A stretch of 64,000 nt of DNA, from contig NMRA01000847.1 in assembly GCA_002633005.1 (NCBI GenBank), positions 1 to 64,000 of the forward strand, read 5' to 3'. Positions 51,101-64,000 of the stretch are shown here, in pieces (positions within the stretch are counted from its first letter, which is position 1; every line of letters starts with the position of its first letter). Source of the stretch: Phoronis australis. Lineage: Eukaryota > Animalia > Phoronida. The notes under the pieces were generated by a model. It had not been told where the DNA came from. It saw only the letters and a list, made by a program, of their open reading frames with translations, and made no database searches. Position numbers and translations under genes: made by a program.

Positions 51101-54100
51101 ACCTCCCAAAATGTGGACAAAATAAACGATTACATAGCGTAATGGTGAGCAGAATTTCCCAAAACAAAGTTCAAATTCAACCGACTCGCTAACATTGAAA
51201 TCTGCCATTATCTTCAAGAAAGCATATAGCTTCAGCTAATGTCAACGTTCTCTGCAGATAAACTTCTGGTAATCGGGTGCGAAGTTGGCCTTCCTAAGCA
51301 AGGTTGTAAACACTGGGGCAACAGCAGAATTTTATAATTTTCACCTCCAATAGTTTGTGAGAGCTAAAGGTGTTCAGTTTTTCAATTTTGAAAATCGGAC
51401 AAGAAAAGCGACTAACTTAAAACTAGAAAGTAGTCCACAAGAATGAATGTGCTGCTTCATTAGTTCTGCAACACAACGGGTCAATCTCCAATTCGGGTTA
51501 AAAACCAGCCATTGGGATATCGATGAATGTCAATTATCATCGTACAGTTTTTGGCATGGGAAAGGCTTCACAGCAACGGATTGATTTGTTTCAGCCTGTT
51601 TTGGCTTATCTACAGAGAAAATTTAACGAACTTTACTATTGATACATGTACCATTAACTCTCATTTAAAAACGTACATGTTTGTTAATCCCTGTCCAAGT
51701 CGCTCCATTTTTTCGTTTATCTCCTTGTTTGCAAAAGGCTGGGGCTTGCATTTGGGGTGCTAAAAAGTAAACAAGAGCAACGCGGAGCGTTGAAAAGCGC
51801 CCATGAATGCATTGCAAATGGTGTGCTTTTACGGTTATTATTTGTATCATAAAAATGGCCACTAGATAGGGCAAAAACATACGATCTATCCAAAAACATG
51901 AACGTGCCATATTTCATAAAAATCTGTCAAGGAACTTCAGAGAAACAAAGGAAAACAGAATAAAATGAAATTGCCACTAGTTGGCACAGTGTCCCTTGGA
52001 TCCGCCTGGAAGTCGCCGTCGTCTGCTGTTTTCTTCATATAAATACACTTACTAAATTTAGTAAAGATCCTGCAGTGGGTTTAGGAGATACAGCTACATT
52101 GTATGGGCGCAAAACAAAACTACCACTAGGAGGGGTCACAGTAGTTAGTCACCATCATCAAAGGTCGTCTTCACACTGAGAACATATATACATGTATTTA
52201 ATATATATTTTCATATGATTTGGTTGATACAGGGGTGGAAGCCAAAAACAAGATTTCAAACGAGAAAAAATGGCCACTAGGTGGTGCAAAATACCCCGAT
52301 TCTATCCAAAAACAGGAAGATAGAGTCATAACACCAATAGACGCCTATATTTAAATTTTTATCAAAATCTGTTGAGGACCTTTGAAGATATAGAGTTAAA
52401 CGTAGAAAACTAAAAATGCAACTAGGGGGCACAGCAATAGTCAGATTTGTCCAAGAGTCGTCATCATCCGTTGCCAACATCATATAAATACACTTGCTAA
52501 ATTAAGTAAAGATCCTGCAAGCAGCTCAGGAGATACAGCCATAGGCGCAAAACAAACTGTCACTAGGAGGCACCACAGTAGTCGAAATCATCGGAAAATC
52601 GTCGTCAACCGTACTCTTCATAGCAAGCACATACATGCCAATTTTCACAATCATCATTTGAGCAGTTTGGTTGATAGAGGGGTGGACGTACAAAAACGAC
52701 TCGAAAACAGTGAAAATGGCCAATAGGTGGCGCAAACTACGTCGAATCCATCCGAGAACGGGAGGATAGTGTCATCTCACAAATAGGTGCCAACATACCA
52801 AATTTCATGAAAATCCGTTAAGGACTTTTTAAGATACAAAGGCAAGCGTAAGAAACTAAAATTGCCACTAGGGGGCACACCGGTGGTCGGATCCGTCCGA
52901 AAGTTGGCTCATGCCGTACCATTTATGAATGGAACATATGTGCTAAATTTCATGAACATTTGTCAAAGGGTTTTGGAGATAGAGCAGCGGACGCCGGATA
53001 TAAGTATGCGGGAGCATAAAAATAGTGTTTTCTTAATATACCCTCAGAGACTTAATTTCAGAAATTTCCGGTAATGCGTCTACTAGTAATTTTGCTACTT
53101 CTAAAACTAATTATACATGTAGTAGTAGTTTCCTATTGGACCTACTATTACCTGCTACTACTTTACAATCACAACAAGACACAGGGTTCAATTTATTATC
53201 CAAGCATGGGCTGCCTCTACTAGTTTCACTATTAACATTTTTCTAGTACATTGGTCTATTTATAACAACTTCTGACCTATTTATATTAGCGCGACGTTTC
53301 AGTCGGTTATGTCTCCGACCATCCTTAGCGTTCTTAGAAGACCAACCAAGATGGTTAGCAGATGCATCCATGACGGGCAATTGGGTTGAAATTTTTCTAG
53401 TGTATAAAATAAATAGACTAGAGCACTGTGTAAATAAACCATTCGATTTTAGAAATGGTTTCTTCATCACAACTTAACGAGGTTGTAGCATCTCATTACT
53501 GACGTTGTCACATTTGATACTAACCATTTCTTTTTTAGTCAGCGCCGCTTTAAGTTCATCAGCTACGGCTCTATGATCCAGTTGGCCACTGAAATCAGAA
53601 ATTAATATTGTCAACAGTGATTACTGAAATTGCTTGGAAGAGAAGCTATCCAGAAACCCCTTTTTTGAGTTACACCCAGAAATCCGTGTAAAGTGAATCC
53701 ACCAGAATTTCGCAATGCTGCGAGGAGTAGCACACGTAATTTTGCATTGGATAACGCAAGGGAGCAATATTCAGATACATGTAGTCCATTAGCTGGAAGG
53801 CGAGAAACATGTTTGCATGTTGCGCTGCAGCAGCAACAACAGATTTAGTCATACCATACAAGTTCGTGGTTTGTAACTCGATGAATGTAACATTTCGTCA
53901 AGTCAAACAAGAAAAAGCTGCATCTGTTAACGACAGAATTCCAAATCGTAGCATTGACACTGGTGACCCGAAATTTGCCAGTCAGGTGTCATCCTCAACG
54001 TGTACAGTGCCACTCCTTCATAGAAGAGTGAAAGTAATACTATCACCATTTTTTCTTAATTGCATACCAGACACCTTTACTAACCGCGAGCGGCTCTGGT

Positions 54101-57100
54101 GTAGCCAGATGCATTCAACATGTACATGTAACTGGGAGCACCAAACGCTAACCTGTTGACGATTGGAGTTGAAGTAATTAATAGCCTGGTGCACCTTTTT
54201 ATGAATGGGGGCAAACGAAAACTTAAAATTGGTTTCGATCGGGGACATTGATACACGTTTCTGCGTCCTCCGTCGGTACGCAGGGGGCTTTGGTGATAAT
54301 AGTTTTCATTGCAATTTTGTTTGTCACAGGTATGCTACGAGCTATTTTTCAGAGTAAAACAAGAGGTTGTTGGTCGAATAATGTGACGCATTATTACGCA
54401 TTTACAAAAAAAATTATAAATCAAAAGATTCTGCAAGACGGGCATAGGGAAGAACAATGAAGGCGTGTACACACATGCAGTGCTCAGTGTATCATGGGAT
54501 AAAACGAAGGAGTAATTGGAGAAACGACTGAAAGGTCTAACACGAAGTGGATCAGAATGACAGTGGGGAAAATCAATGAAGAAAAATGCAACGCCTCTTG
54601 AGTGGTATGAATGGACTAGGCCACGCTGTACTGACCCAAAGGAGAACTTATTCACCAATGGGAGAACGGGCAGGGAGGTGTATAGATACAAAAACAGAAC
54701 ATGGTGGTTATGAAATAGAAATAAATAAGGCAAACGAATCTCCGGCCTAGTAAGGCAGGATATAAACAGAAGTGACGAATAGCAAATCTTCCTGATTAAT
54801 CCAGACAACAATTTAAAGAATATTGTTCGAAATTATTTTGTAAAGGTAGTAAATATGGCGAGCTACATGTACATGTATGTTGCAGAGTAATGTAAGAAGT
54901 GGATGGTGGAATACTGTCACGTATCTCGGAAACATTTTGAGGTCTAATCACCACGCAACCTGTGGCCCCATCACAGTTGGCGTGCTGACCAGACTTAAAC
55001 ATTTTTGCGTTGTACACTTCCACGTCGGTTTAAGAATTATTTACTTACATAATGCCATGTATTATGACGTACGTAACAAGAGCAACGCGGAGCGTTGAAA
55101 TGCGCCCACGAACGCATTGCAAATGGTGCGCTTTTAGGGTTATTTATTTGTATCATAAAAATGGCCTACATGGCGCAAAAACATAAAATCCATCCAAAAA
55201 CCGGAAAATGCCACATTTCATAAAAATCTGTCAAGTGAAGGAACAAGAGAGAAACAAAAGAAAACAGAATAAAATGAAATTGCCACTAGTGGGCACAGTG
55301 TCTGTTGGATCCGCCTGAAAGTCGCCGTCGTGTGTTGTTATCTTCATATAAATACACATACTAAATTTAGTAAAGATCCTGCACTGGGTTTAGGAGAAAA
55401 CACTATGGGTGCAAAATAAAACTACCACTAGGAGGCGCAACAGTAATCAGTCACCATCATCAAAGGTCGTCTTCACACTGAGAACATATATGCCAATTTT
55501 CAAATGATTTTGTTGATACAGGGGTGGACACCAAAACAAAATTTAAAAATAGCAAAAATGGCCACGAGGTGGTGCAAAATACCTCGATTCCATCCAAAAA
55601 CAGGAAGATAGCGTTATCACACCAATACATGCCTATATTTAAATTTTATGAAAATTTGTTGAGGACCTTTGAAGATACTGATATGAAAAAACTAAAATTC
55701 CCCACTAAGGGGCACAGCAGTAGTCAGAACTGTCCGAAAGTCGTAGTCATCCGTAGTCAACATCATATAAATACACTTGCCAAATCAAGTAAAGCTCCTG
55801 TGAACGGTTTAGGAGATACAGCCACAGGCGCAACAAAAACAAATTTGCCACTAAGAGGCGCCACTGTAGTCCAAATCGTCGGAAAGTCATCGTCAACCGT
55901 CCTCTTTATAGTAAGCACATACATGCCAATTTTATAATCATCCTTTGAGCGGTTTGGTTGATAGAGGAGTGGACGCAAAAAACAGACTCGAAAACAGTAA
56001 AAATGGCCACTAGGTGGCGCAAACACACGTCGAATCCACCCTAAAACGGAAGGATAGCGTCACCTCACTAATAGGTGCCTACGTATTAAATTTCATGAAA
56101 ATCCGTTAAGGACTTTTGAAGATAGAAAGTTAAACGTAAAAAAATAAAATTGCCACTAGAGGGCACACCGGTAGTCGGATCTGCCCAAAAGTAGTCGTCG
56201 TCCATTATAGACATATAAATGTACTTACTAAATTTAGTAAAAATCCTGGGAACAGTTTAGGAGATAAAGTCATAGGCGCAAAAAAACTGCCACTAGGAGG
56301 CGCCACTGTAGTCGAAATCGTCGAAAAATCATCGTCAACCGTCCTGTTTATAGTAATCACATACATGCCAATTTTCACAACCGTTTAGTTGATAGAGGGG
56401 TAGACGCAAAAAACAGACTCGAAAACAGTAAACATGGCCACTAGGTGGTGCAAACAACGTCAAATACATCCAAAAACGGAAGGATAGCGTCATCTCACTA
56501 AGAGGTGACTACATGCCGAATTTCATGAAAATTCGTTCTGGACTTTTGAAGATACAAAGGCAAGCGTAAAAAACTAAAATTGCCACTAGGGCGCACACCA
56601 GTAGTCGGATCCGTCCGAAAGTTCGCTCATACCGTTCCATTCATAAATGGAACATATGTGCCTAATCCAAATTAGGCCTACACGTACATGAATGTAAGTC
56701 AAAGGGTTTTAGAGATAGAGTAGCGGACGCCGGACGGACGGACGGACGGACGGAGATGACGGCATAATACGTCCACATATAAATATGTGGGCGCATAAAA
56801 AGTACTCAGAGCAAGGCTCAAACGCAAGAAAAATGGCACCATATAGTTGGTGGTTGTACATTTTATTACAAACGCTTCGCAACTGACAACTGAAACCTAG
56901 TGAGAGTACCAGGTTAATTAGTTTGTAATCCGTGACGATATTTCACTCGAGAATTTGTGTAATGTACCTAGAATGCGAATAGAGAATTTAATTGTTTTCT
57001 TACAGCTTTCCCAATTGAATCAAAATTCAAACATGACCGACATATGGTGACCAGTGGTGGCCATCTTGTTAGTTCCCTTTTAAAGTCTCATTCTTACTCG

Positions 57101-59888
57101 CGAAATACATTTGCAGGACTTATAACCTGGCCTTCGTTGAACTCAACAAACGCAATCGACGTGCGCGGCCTAACACCTCCTCGGCTAATGTACACATTAT
57201 AATCTAAATTGTACTGAAATAGCATGTAATCGGGTCAGAACAACACAGGGTGAAGGGCAACAGCGCAGCACTGTCTGATGCACGATAGAGTTTGCGACAA
57301 AAGACTTTCCGTGGTGATGTCTTACAGTGATCATTGCTGATCGGTAAAGTGCACTTCCTATTAATGTTTAAATTTTATCAAAATCAAAAACCGATGTCGC
57401 AACTGGGTTTTTCTCATGTATTTATAGAAAAAATGAGACCATTGAGATCCAGTTTAAATTACCTCTGCTGATTACGAAGATCTCCAATATCCAAGTATTC
57501 ATAAGACTCTGTGTCGTCTCTGGCGTCAAGTATCACAGGACTGGCTAAAACAAAAGACTACGCGTTTCAAATTCCCTGACAAAGTAGATAAAACATTAAA
57601 ACCTGACAATATACCAAATGCTTAGTTAACTTTTCAAGACATTCATCTCAAACATCTTGCTACCGGTGAATGAAAGCGCTCAAAAAATTTTGATTTTGAT
57701 GTGTGCTGCACAAGAGCAAAATATGCACGTGAATCTGAAATAAAATGACCACTTTACCATTGCCGGGTAATTATCCGTGTCATCTTCACTTGTTGTGCAC
57801 ACGCTCAACTTCCTTACTGCTCATGTGAACACAACGAGTTCCGGATTTACTCTTTGAGGTGTCGGGAGACAGGGGTGTGGGAGCATCTTTGTCCCAGCGC
57901 GCATCAGTTTGTGCACCTCTCCGAAATGTTCACGAATGTTAAAATCTACACCTGAGTCGAACACAAAAGTACTGGCAAAAATCCAGACCTCTTTTGTTGT
58001 AAATAAAATACAGAAAAAAATTCCACATTCACTTGCAAAAAAATATGCCTGTTAGCCTGCAGCTTACGGCAATGATAAGCGAAATTGAAAGTATGGAGAC
58101 AATGAATAGAGACTAGAAATTGCAGAAAAGTTGTAAACACTGTTTACATAGTACTTTGATATTTTACTGCTGTGATCTGCAGTCTTGACCCTTTTTCCAA
58201 AAATCCACGATACCGTGATCAATACACGGCTACAGAAGCCCGGGCGGTCGGTTTGGTGCATACCAAAACTTTTCCATAATCTATGACTTGAAAAGTATAA
58301 AGGTAATTACACTGTATTGAAGTGTATATGAATATACCTTCGGTTACTAATCAAACAAAATAAAATGCAGAGGTATCCTAAAACTAAATGACAACGGCAG
58401 AAGTCGAGCAGAACACGTGACTTACTGATGGGTTGATCATTGCTCGATGAACGTCTTGGGGGTCTTGGCGGGGGTTTGGGTTTAATTTCCGGCTTGGTTT
58501 TGCTTCCTCTAGGAAGCAATGCTGGCGGTCTTGTTCCAAGTGGTCTGAAGAAGTGGGTACTAGGTTATTGTAAATGGAAATGGATATATAACTCAAGAAA
58601 AGCAACCTATCTTATGATACTCAGGAACAATTGAGCCGGAATGTCGCAACAGCTCTGAGTAAGCTCAGACTACCCGCAGTTGAAATAATCGTAGTGTCGC
58701 GTGTTATCGCCATGGAGCTTGTTGCAAACCAATGCATACTTAACTGAAACTCCGGAGCTTATTCAACTACTGAGTTTTGCAGATCCGGCTCTCACATACA
58801 TGTAGTGTTGACTCACGTCATCAACTGCATGGGATGTTTGATAAGTTTTTATAAATAAATATTGTTTTGAACACGGTTCGTTTCGCTTGACAACCACATC
58901 CAGACAAGTAAACGGACTGAGTTCGTTTTTAAAACACCCAGTACGTCACTCAAGAGATTTTAACGCTTGCAATGTATTTCTTAATTAATTTCCACGCGTT
59001 GTGTCCACTTACATTTAGCAAACAGCAGGGCCTAGCTAGAATATCCAGAACGGCGTTAATACGCTACGCTGTGACCACGTATTTCGGTTTTTATTGTTTG
59101 TCGATATCTCGCGAAGGCTTGCGTTATCCTGCTTTCCTTGCAAAAAAATTTTCTCTTGTTACTTTAATATTTGACAGTGTACCATTCAGTACCGTGCACA
59201 AGAAACTGATGTAAATCCGCCCGCTGTAAAAAATCTAAGTTTTGACTTAGGCCAACTACCGTTAAGTATGAGATAACAACTTGCTCCTTACTTGCTTGCC
59301 GGAGGAATTGGCATTTCCTAATATTTACTCGACAGTGCACGCCCGGCGGGTAAAATGAAGACCCGACCAAGCCAACTTTCATGATCCCAGTTTCACCCAA
59401 CTTACAAAAGTGCTACTGTTCTTTCCAGCCCCAGAAACACTCTAAATTCCAAGATCGACAAGATGAAGCCGCCGGGTTTCAGTGAATTGGTGTTCATTAG
59501 AACTTACTCGTGTTTTTGTCATAAGGTGGATAAAAAAGCAGCTTAAAGCGGATGTTGCTTTATTAGTAGTTTCCGTGTCTTCTCTATGATCTCAAGTTCT
59601 ATACTGCAGGTGTGCTGATTATCATTTGAATATGCAAAAGTTAGCCGATAGTTAAAAATTTCAAATGACTGTAGAGAAAGTCCAAAAATTGTTTGCACAT
59701 CGCGTTGATTTTGCGTTAGCTATGGCACGTTTACATGTACTGAAATGGGCAAATAATTCAACTCGGTGCTTTTAAATTTCGTAGCAACCATTTGATAGTC
59801 ATATATTTGTAGTCAACATTTTCGCTCACCTTGTATTCTTCTCACGTATTTCACTCAAGAGGGCGCTATATGCACATTTGGATTCCAT
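48138..59888 (-). CDS. Pro-rich / coiled-coil / C-terminal SAM-domain adaptor-like protein, 251 aa; exons (minus) 59888-59830, 58544-58426, 57544-57463, 53588-53525, 50953-50894, 48509-48138
   Basis: GT-AG sites with compatible phases (2,1,2,0,0) give 756 nt: MESKCAYSALLSEIREKNTRPLGTRPPALLPRGSKTKPEIKPKPPPRPPRR...DDTESYEYLDI...ADELKAALTKKEMKIEALKKDVESLAEYKKKCKDLEKTNSELMK...PPSYEDL...MSVGQVCLFLNTLGLQEYTEKFRSELIDGSMLLHLDKEVMVEDLGMRPLHAIRLL (SAM). The start is not proven; upstream exons are possible. Confidence 0.78.
49087..49634. other. Assembly gap (N run)
   Basis: Run of N. Confidence 1.
50008..50053 (+). ncRNA. Minimal hammerhead-ribozyme-like motif (U3-A8 core variant) in the Penelope 3' repeat; mirrored at ~48598-48643 minus
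   Basis: TTGATAA-A-GGAAG(ttgtta)CCTCC-GAAA-ATTTC. Stem II has one mismatch, the stem III region is palindromic, and stem I is weak. Confidence 0.45.
51769..53022 (+). mobile_element. Helentron-associated non-autonomous element (HINE/DINE-like) with ~145-bp internal tandem repeats, copy 1
   Basis: Starts AACAAGAGCAACGCGGAGCGTTG and ends GCGGACGCCGGA...GGGAGCATAAAA. About 8 monomers marked by CCACTAG; colinear with 55075-56800. Confidence 0.7.
55075..56800 (+). mobile_element. Helentron-associated non-autonomous element, copy 2 (more complete)
   Basis: Subterminal inverted repeat ATGCGCCCAC (55100) / GTGGGCGCAT (56787). About 10-11 monomers in a 3-monomer higher-order pattern, (GGAC)n microsatellite at ~56732-56753, 3' stem-loop CGTCCACATAT-AA-ATATGTGGGCG, A-rich end. 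Confidence 0.75.
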
Positions 59889-60261
59889 AATCTGTACATT
59901 TAAGTCTTCAATGTGATGTTCATTGATGGATTCCGCGTATTTGCGACCTAGTAAACGAAAACTTCAGAATAGAGTAATGCTGCATGACGATCCCATAGAC
60001 CAATCTTAAAACTCACCCTCTAAGTACGTAAACGGTGAATAGCATAAACATCAGTGTTTACACTTGAAATGTGGGTTAGTCCTCAAGCCTTAGTGATGAG
60101 GTTACAATAAATACAATGTAGGTCAGATTCAGGTTGCCATAAAGTAATTCCAATGTTTAAACTTTAAAGACTCTTTCAGGAGTCAGCACTTCTTGTGTTA
60201 AACATGGATTTAAAACATAACCTTTGACACTCGCAATTACAACTACATGTATTATTAAAAT

Positions 60262-60365
60262 CTCTTGGTCTATTTACACCGACTTCTTGTCTATTTACAT
60301 TGTCACGACGTTTCGGTCGGACTATTCTCTGGCCATCGTCAGATGTTCCTGCGTTATTAGAAGAA
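60262..60365 (-). repeat. Short dispersed repeat with hammerhead-like core; second copy at 53248-53345
   Basis: Minus strand CTGACGA-T-GGCCAG...CCGACC-GAAA-CGTCG. The 53.3-kb copy has stem GGTCGG/CCGACT-GAAACGTCG with a damaged core. Confidence 0.5.
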
Positions 60366-61824
60366 CGATCACGGATATGTGGTACACTCATCATCATTAT
60401 ATATTGTCGGAGGAAGAATTTGACCAAGAGATTTTAATAATAGTTGTAACACGCCACCACTCAGAGTGGTTTTAGAAAGACGCACGCAATTGTGTGTAAC
60501 GACCAGGCATCCCAAGATCAGTGTCATATTACGCTCAACTGGCTTTTATTTCTGATTCATGACTTAATCTTTAGATATTCAATGTTGTTTTCCCGATGCT
60601 TGAATAGCGTCAAATAACGGATGCATGTAGCAAAAATAAAATATTAACTTCCTTCTACCGAGAGACCAATGCGCGCAAGTTCGCAGGGGTCAAACAATTA
60701 GGCTACATATAGAAAATTGTCTGCAATCTTTGGATCAAAGGACAAATACGTGTATTACCAAGAGGTTTGAAAGCTAATTATGCCATCAAGAAACGGAAGT
60801 TCGTGACAAAAAGTATTTTCTTTACACCACGAGACGCAAGGAAGATAATTTCTCAGAGGTCAAAATATTGTTTGGATCGGAGGACATTCTGATGTCAGTA
60901 CTAGAAGTATTATTTTGAAAATCAAAAATAATACGCGATATGGAGGTGTCTTATGGTATTCTAAAAAACATTAATTTTTAAAGCACGTTTGATGGAACTC
61001 TAATTTAAAAACGTATTGCTCTGGAATACAGTTGAACTAAACTGGATAATCATGCCATTTAACTTGTTTGAAGCCCCGATAAAGTACGACATACAACATG
61101 AATTCTTAAAGGCCTTTTATCTCAAAGGATTAATATAGTTAAAATTTTTGAAAATGTTTTTCAAATTAAAAGGGGAGTGTACTCAAAATAATGTAGCAGA
61201 TATTCGGTTCCAACATAAAATGAAACTCACATTTGGTTTACTTGCACGCCAAACAATAGCCAATTTGTATTCATGGTCAAAAGACTGAATCCTAAAAGCG
61301 ATCGCTGATTGGCTGATGTGTCAGTGACGTGAATGGCGGGGTATCGGCTGGTTTTCACATTCATTGCTTTAGTAATATTTTAAGAGTTTACTTCGAAATT
61401 TATCATTGTATCGACTGCCCTTATTTTTATTTTTTAATGTTTGCCACAGTGCTGTAAAAGATACGCCATGCCTTTTTGTATGGCACCTGGTTGTTCAAAC
61501 TCTTCGAAAAAGGTGTCTACTAAAGGATGGCATACCATCGCCGGGTTACCCAAGCCTTGGCCCAAAGCTGTATACATGTACTAAATATATGCCTACAGGT
61601 TTGCACCGATCTGGGTAAAAAATGGACAAATAAAACCTGACTCAAATTTAATGTCATTAAAACTAATCTTATCCTTGAGTAAACCCAGGAACCAAATTCC
61701 TAGAATGAACTGACTTCAGTATTTACCGATGCTGGAAAAGCGATCGTTAATCGGCTGCTGCTAAAATTGTAATGCGTTCTCTAGAGTTGGCTTATTGCGA
61801 TTACGTCACCTGACCTTCACCAGT

Positions 61825-63970
61825 TTCTTTTCTCCCCGATTCTTTGATCAAGTGATCTTCGCTGCCGGTACCTAGGTTACGTACATGTCTCAACAAATTA
61901 TCGGAACTTGTTTCATTTCGTTACAAGTTTTTAGAATTCTTATACCAGCAAACCGAGTTTTAGAACACACATTGGTAATGCGAAGCTATCATCTCCCGAA
62001 AAACGTCTCAAATTCTTAGGAAATGGCGTGTGCGCCGTGACACGAGTGTACTGTTTTTGAATCGGACGACACACGTCTTTGTTACAAAAGGCGGTGAATT
62101 ATACTACAAAACGACGTTTGTTTGATTGTTTTCCACTCAAACAGCTGTATCGAAAAAGGTGAGGGTCGGGTGACTATCATATTTTGCATGAACCCTCGCT
62201 TGTCCGTTAGCTTTACATGTTGATGTAAGTTTTACGACGACGTAACAAGCATAAGTCAACTATATCTGGGTAGTCAACGGCTCTGTGAAACTTCGGTGTT
62301 AACGGAGCTCAACACACACTGGTATGATAGTCTCCAAACAGCTATAGTCGGTAACTAACCAACCCTTTAGTTTACTGAGTTGAGTATTGGCTGGCAGCTG
62401 GCTGACTGGCTGGCTAGAGTCCACATTGCCTACGGCACAGTCGCACCAGTGTAAATTGTTGATACGGAGTGGTTGCACCGGCAAATTTTCGTCTGACGAT
62501 GACGACGACTGAGTATCACTGTGAGTTGCCTCGGCTCAAATAGCTATCCCTGGTAACCCCACATTTCACACTAAAATTTCTTATTCCGACAACATGAAGA
62601 ACACCGTTTAAAGCACGCTAACACAGAGCAGTGACTTTTCCCCGGTCAAATACGTCACGAGAAGTAGAGCTCCAAGCGAGTATTTTTTTAGCTTGGTTAG
62701 AGAATATAAGTTTACTTTTTTATGTTGTATTAATTGTGAAATTAATCAACAACTTATAGAAAACTATCCAAAATTTATTCAGAATAAAATACAGTTCACT
62801 TTTAAGTGATATGTAACATGGTTTTATGTTTTTTCTTCTCTTCTATTACCAAACTAAACGCCTTTATGAGCAGAATTTTGTACCTCTGTCCAGGTCACAA
62901 ATCATCGACTATTCAAGTCTATTTCCGTTCCCTGAGCTCCTTCTGTTTCAGTTAAATCCAGTATTGATGATTTCAACCAATCCTTGCTCTGTCACCTGCT
63001 AATACACCATTGGCGTTCCACTTGAGCCAGTGTTAAAAGCAGGACTGAACGAAAAATTCATAGTCCTTAAGTCATTATGGTTCTTATTGGGGAAATCTTT
63101 CACCGCAATTGCCGTGTAACTCACCTGAAGCGTTGGTCACGCCTGCCTGTTTACCAGATTTTGAAGGGCGTTTTCATATTTTGCTCCAAACTTGTGATGG
63201 TTTTCGAGGGTTACAGAGCATTATTTTGCTTCATAGGGCCGAATGTAAAAGTCGCTTAATATCTATTAGTAGGCCAGGTTTGGTATCCTTTTAAGGAAAG
63301 ATTCCTGAATGACGGCCATTTTGTACATGAACACGAATTAACATCACCTGTTCTTATTTTGTTTGGTTATTTTTGATTCTATTTTCTGTTCTTTCAATAC
63401 AAATTTGGTTGTGCAAATTTTATCTGCTCATTTGTACTTCACGCAGTATATACAGTGTACATTTGTACAGCTATGCGTGATGTTGGTGAAAATTAAACTG
63501 ATTAAACGAATTCTAACAAAATGTGTCATTTGTAACTACACTCTTCCTTGAATAACTTGTCCAGATTATTTGCCGATGTGAGAAACATGGCGTAATACCG
63601 TTATTCTGCTGCTTGAGTTGTGGAGCAAACGTATGTTTGCTTTTGGCGCCAGGAAATTTTGCGTCACCAGTCTCATTTTTTCTCCGATTTATCAATCCAC
63701 GAGGTTGTGCACATGTCATAACAAAGTATCGGAACTGGTTTCATTTCGTTACAAGTTTTTAGGATTTTACTACATGTACAAGCAAAGTGATTTCCAGAAC
63801 AAGCTTTACTGCTGGAAAGCTGTCTGATTTTGCAAAGAATTAAGGAAATGGCGCATGTTTGTGTCACGAGTTTACTGTTTTCAAAACGATGACGGACTTT
63901 TCTTTTTTACAAATCGCGGATAATTACGCTAGAAGATGACGTCCATTGATTTGTTTTTCACCTAAACAGT
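61825..63970 (+). repeat. Two diverged direct copies (~300 bp) of an unclassified repeat (~61825-62147 and ~63675-63970)
   Basis: Shared ATCGGAACT.GTTTCATTTCGTTACAAGTTTTTAG...AGGAAATGGCG...CACGAGT.TACTGTTTT...AAACAG. Confidence 0.6.
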
Positions 63971-64000
63971 TTAACGGCCAAAGTGAATGTAGGTTGACTC

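Noticed and set aside
53670-53960. GPCR TM3-like string (MDYMYLNIAPLRY) on the minus strand
   Set aside because: Short, stop-bounded, with no convincing other helices; probably chance.
54335-54811. 158-aa minus-strand ORF
   Set aside because: No motif, atypical composition, intronic, no splice support.
55524-56026. ORFs inside the tandem-repeat element; also considered as a CRISPR-like array
   Set aside because: Monomers are homologous along their whole length (no unique spacers), the context is eukaryotic, and the ORFs are not preserved between copies.
57757-57951. Extra SAM-gene exon between 58426 and 57544
   Set aside because: The good acceptor frame contains a TGA or ends in the wrong phase; the open frame has only a weak GAG acceptor. 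The flanking exons splice directly in phase.
62884-63262. Minus-strand exon-like segments with GT/AG sites upstream of the SAM gene
   Set aside because: All frames contain stops. They could be UTR exons but cannot be supported from sequence alone.

Overview
Intron-rich, repeat-rich animal genomic DNA, probably from a marine invertebrate (inference). All gene models were built by hand from GT-AG sites and reading-phase continuity. The window is dominated by a ~23.5-kb tandem segmental duplication. Each unit carries an intact 12-coding-exon gene (copy A 8477-23414, copy B 32048-46803) for a 681-aa secreted protein that I cannot name; it has HDH/RHND motifs and a C-terminal His/Cys module. Each unit also carries a hidden, divergently oriented first exon of a third paralog (5926-5759 and 29033-28867, minus strand; absent from the ORF track). 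A convergent 6-exon gene for a 251-aa Pro-rich/coiled-coil/SAM adaptor lies at 59888-48138. The duplication joined intron 1 of the third paralog to the last intron of the SAM gene, leaving orphan SAM exons at 4836 and 25145 and a potential in-frame 93-aa chimeric secreted gene at the first junction. Mobile DNA includes a decayed AcademX transposon, Penelope RT and GIY-YIG pieces (one inverted pair with a target-site duplication and a variant hammerhead core), a Kolobok-type insertion, IS3EU-like remnants, MITEs, a tRNA-SINE, and two Helentron-type elements whose ~145-bp internal repeats each carry a CTCF-like motif.
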